Assembly (NCBI GenBank): GCA_038087875.1
Contig: CM075989.1
Span: forward strand, 1,798,001 to 1,862,000
Origin: Malacoraja senta
Lineage: Eukaryota
Reading direction: 5' to 3'
Length of the DNA: 64,000 nt
In this document: in pieces, positions 62,011 through 64,000 of the stretch
How positions within the stretch are numbered: position 1 is the stretch's first letter
Layout: each line of letters opens with the position of its first letter
Notes under the pieces: model-generated
Seen by the model: the letters and a program-made list of their open reading frames with translations, nothing else
What the model was told of the DNA's origin: nothing
Database searches by the model: none
Position numbers and translations under genes: made by a program

Positions 62011-62795
62011 GGACCCTTCTTCAGATTCCCAATGCAAAATGGGTAGGGTTGGGTTGAAGAGTCCCAACTCGAAACGTCACCTATCCACGTTCTCCAGAGA
62101 TGCGGCATGACCCATTGGGTTATTGCAGCACTCTGTGTCTTTTCTTGGGAGCCAATATTGGTCGGCACTGTGTGTGAGGCAATGGGTGAACGGGAGCTGC
62201 AGAGATCTGTGTCATGGGCAGGGACAATTTTAATGTCCTCAAGTTTCCAGGGTGGGACTGGTTAGGATTACATTGGGACTCAAGAATAGAAAGGCAAGGG
62301 TGAGAGTTTCTGCAACAGGACATGTGAATCAACACACAAAGTAACTGGTCTAACGGATTGCACTGATGTCTGGTGGCAGATGCTGCAGTTCAGATCTAGC
62401 AAACAGGCTGCAGGAGGTTCCGTTCAGTGTCAGGACAGGTTGGGAGCAGGAGATTATAAGTTCATAAGTTCGTAAGTGATAGGAGAATCAGGCCATTCGA
62501 CCCCTTGAAGTCTACTCCCCATTCAATCAAGGCTGATCTATCTCACCCTCCTAACTCCATTCTCCTGCCGTTTCCCCATAACCTCTGACACCTGTACCAA
62601 ACAAGAACCTATCCATCTCTGCATTAAATATGTCCACTGACTTTGCCTCCACAGCCTTCTGTGGCAAAGAATTCCACAGATTCACCACCCAAAGGTGGGG
62701 ATCTAAGACACCAGCTTCAATCCTGTGTACATCTTGTTGGAAGAGGTTTCTGCTCCTCTGGACATGGATGCTTTGGATGCCATTGGAGTCTTTTT

Positions 62796-63090
62796 AGTTT
62801 AGTTTAGTTTACTTTAGAGATACAGTGTGGAAACAGCCCCTTCAACACATCAAGTACGTGCCCACCAGCGATCCTTTTACACCAGCACTATCCTTCACAC
62901 ACTAGGGATAATTTACAATATTTACCAAAGTCAATCAACCTGCAAACCTGCACATCTTTGGAGTGTGGGAGGAAACCGGAGCACTCGAGGAAAACCTACA
63001 CGGACACAGGGAGAATGTACAAACTCCATATGGACAGCAGGATTGGACGCGGGTCTCTGGCGCTGTAAGACAGCAACTCTATCGCTGTGC
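62796..63090 (-). mobile_element. HE1-like V-SINE
   Basis: Reverse-complement copy. Confidence 0.8.
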
Positions 63091-63399
63091 AGTCGTACCA
63101 TCCTCTTTGGTACAAACTCTTCATTGCTGCGTCAAGGCAAGGAAGCCATTGGACAAACTCAGTCACAGATCGAGGTGAGGTGGGGATACCACAGCATATA
63201 ATGGGGATACCACAGCATATAAGACCTTGGAAAGTCAGTATCATCTGGTCAACTTGGAGAGTTTATATTACCGAATGGCCCATATTTGCTGGGAGTGGGG
63301 AGATAACAAGCGGAGGGTTGAATCACCTAGTGAGGCAAATGGTCAATACATCAAACAGTGAAATATCAGTCGGCAGGTGAAGCATTCTCCTTAGTGTTA

Positions 63400-63918
<519 letters not shown>

Positions 63919-64000
63919 TTATATAGTGTGTACAGCAGTGAAACAGGCCCTTCAGCCCAACACTCCCCTGCTGCCCAAGATCTCCCATTTGCTTGAGTCT

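Overview
Repeat-rich vertebrate genomic DNA. The repeat content (HE1/V-type tRNA SINEs, abundant CR1 LINEs, Penelope-like elements) suggests a cartilaginous fish such as a skate or ray; this is an inference. The only host gene I can recognise is the 3' end of a Trk receptor kinase, best matching NTRK3/TrkC, on the minus strand: a 159-bp exon at 63574-63732, the last coding exon at 58305-58504, and a repeat-poor putative 3' UTR. In this assembly the last exon starts with a 14-bp tandem duplication that creates an immediate premature stop. The rest of the window is nested mobile DNA. It includes a Gypsy LTR element interrupted by a complete DIRS1 tyrosine-recombinase retrotransposon, and a second DIRS1 interrupted by L1 and CR1. 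There is also a near full-length CR1, L2 and Rex1/Babar fragments, a Penelope-like element with an open RT/GIY-YIG frame and hammerhead-like cores, three non-autonomous Helitrons (one holding a ~60 x 30-bp array), a Harbinger-type MITE, and a CpG-rich non-coding retroposon family. A 200-N gap lies at 34856-35055. No prokaryotic-type system such as CRISPR is supported. All calls were made by eye, with no database searches.
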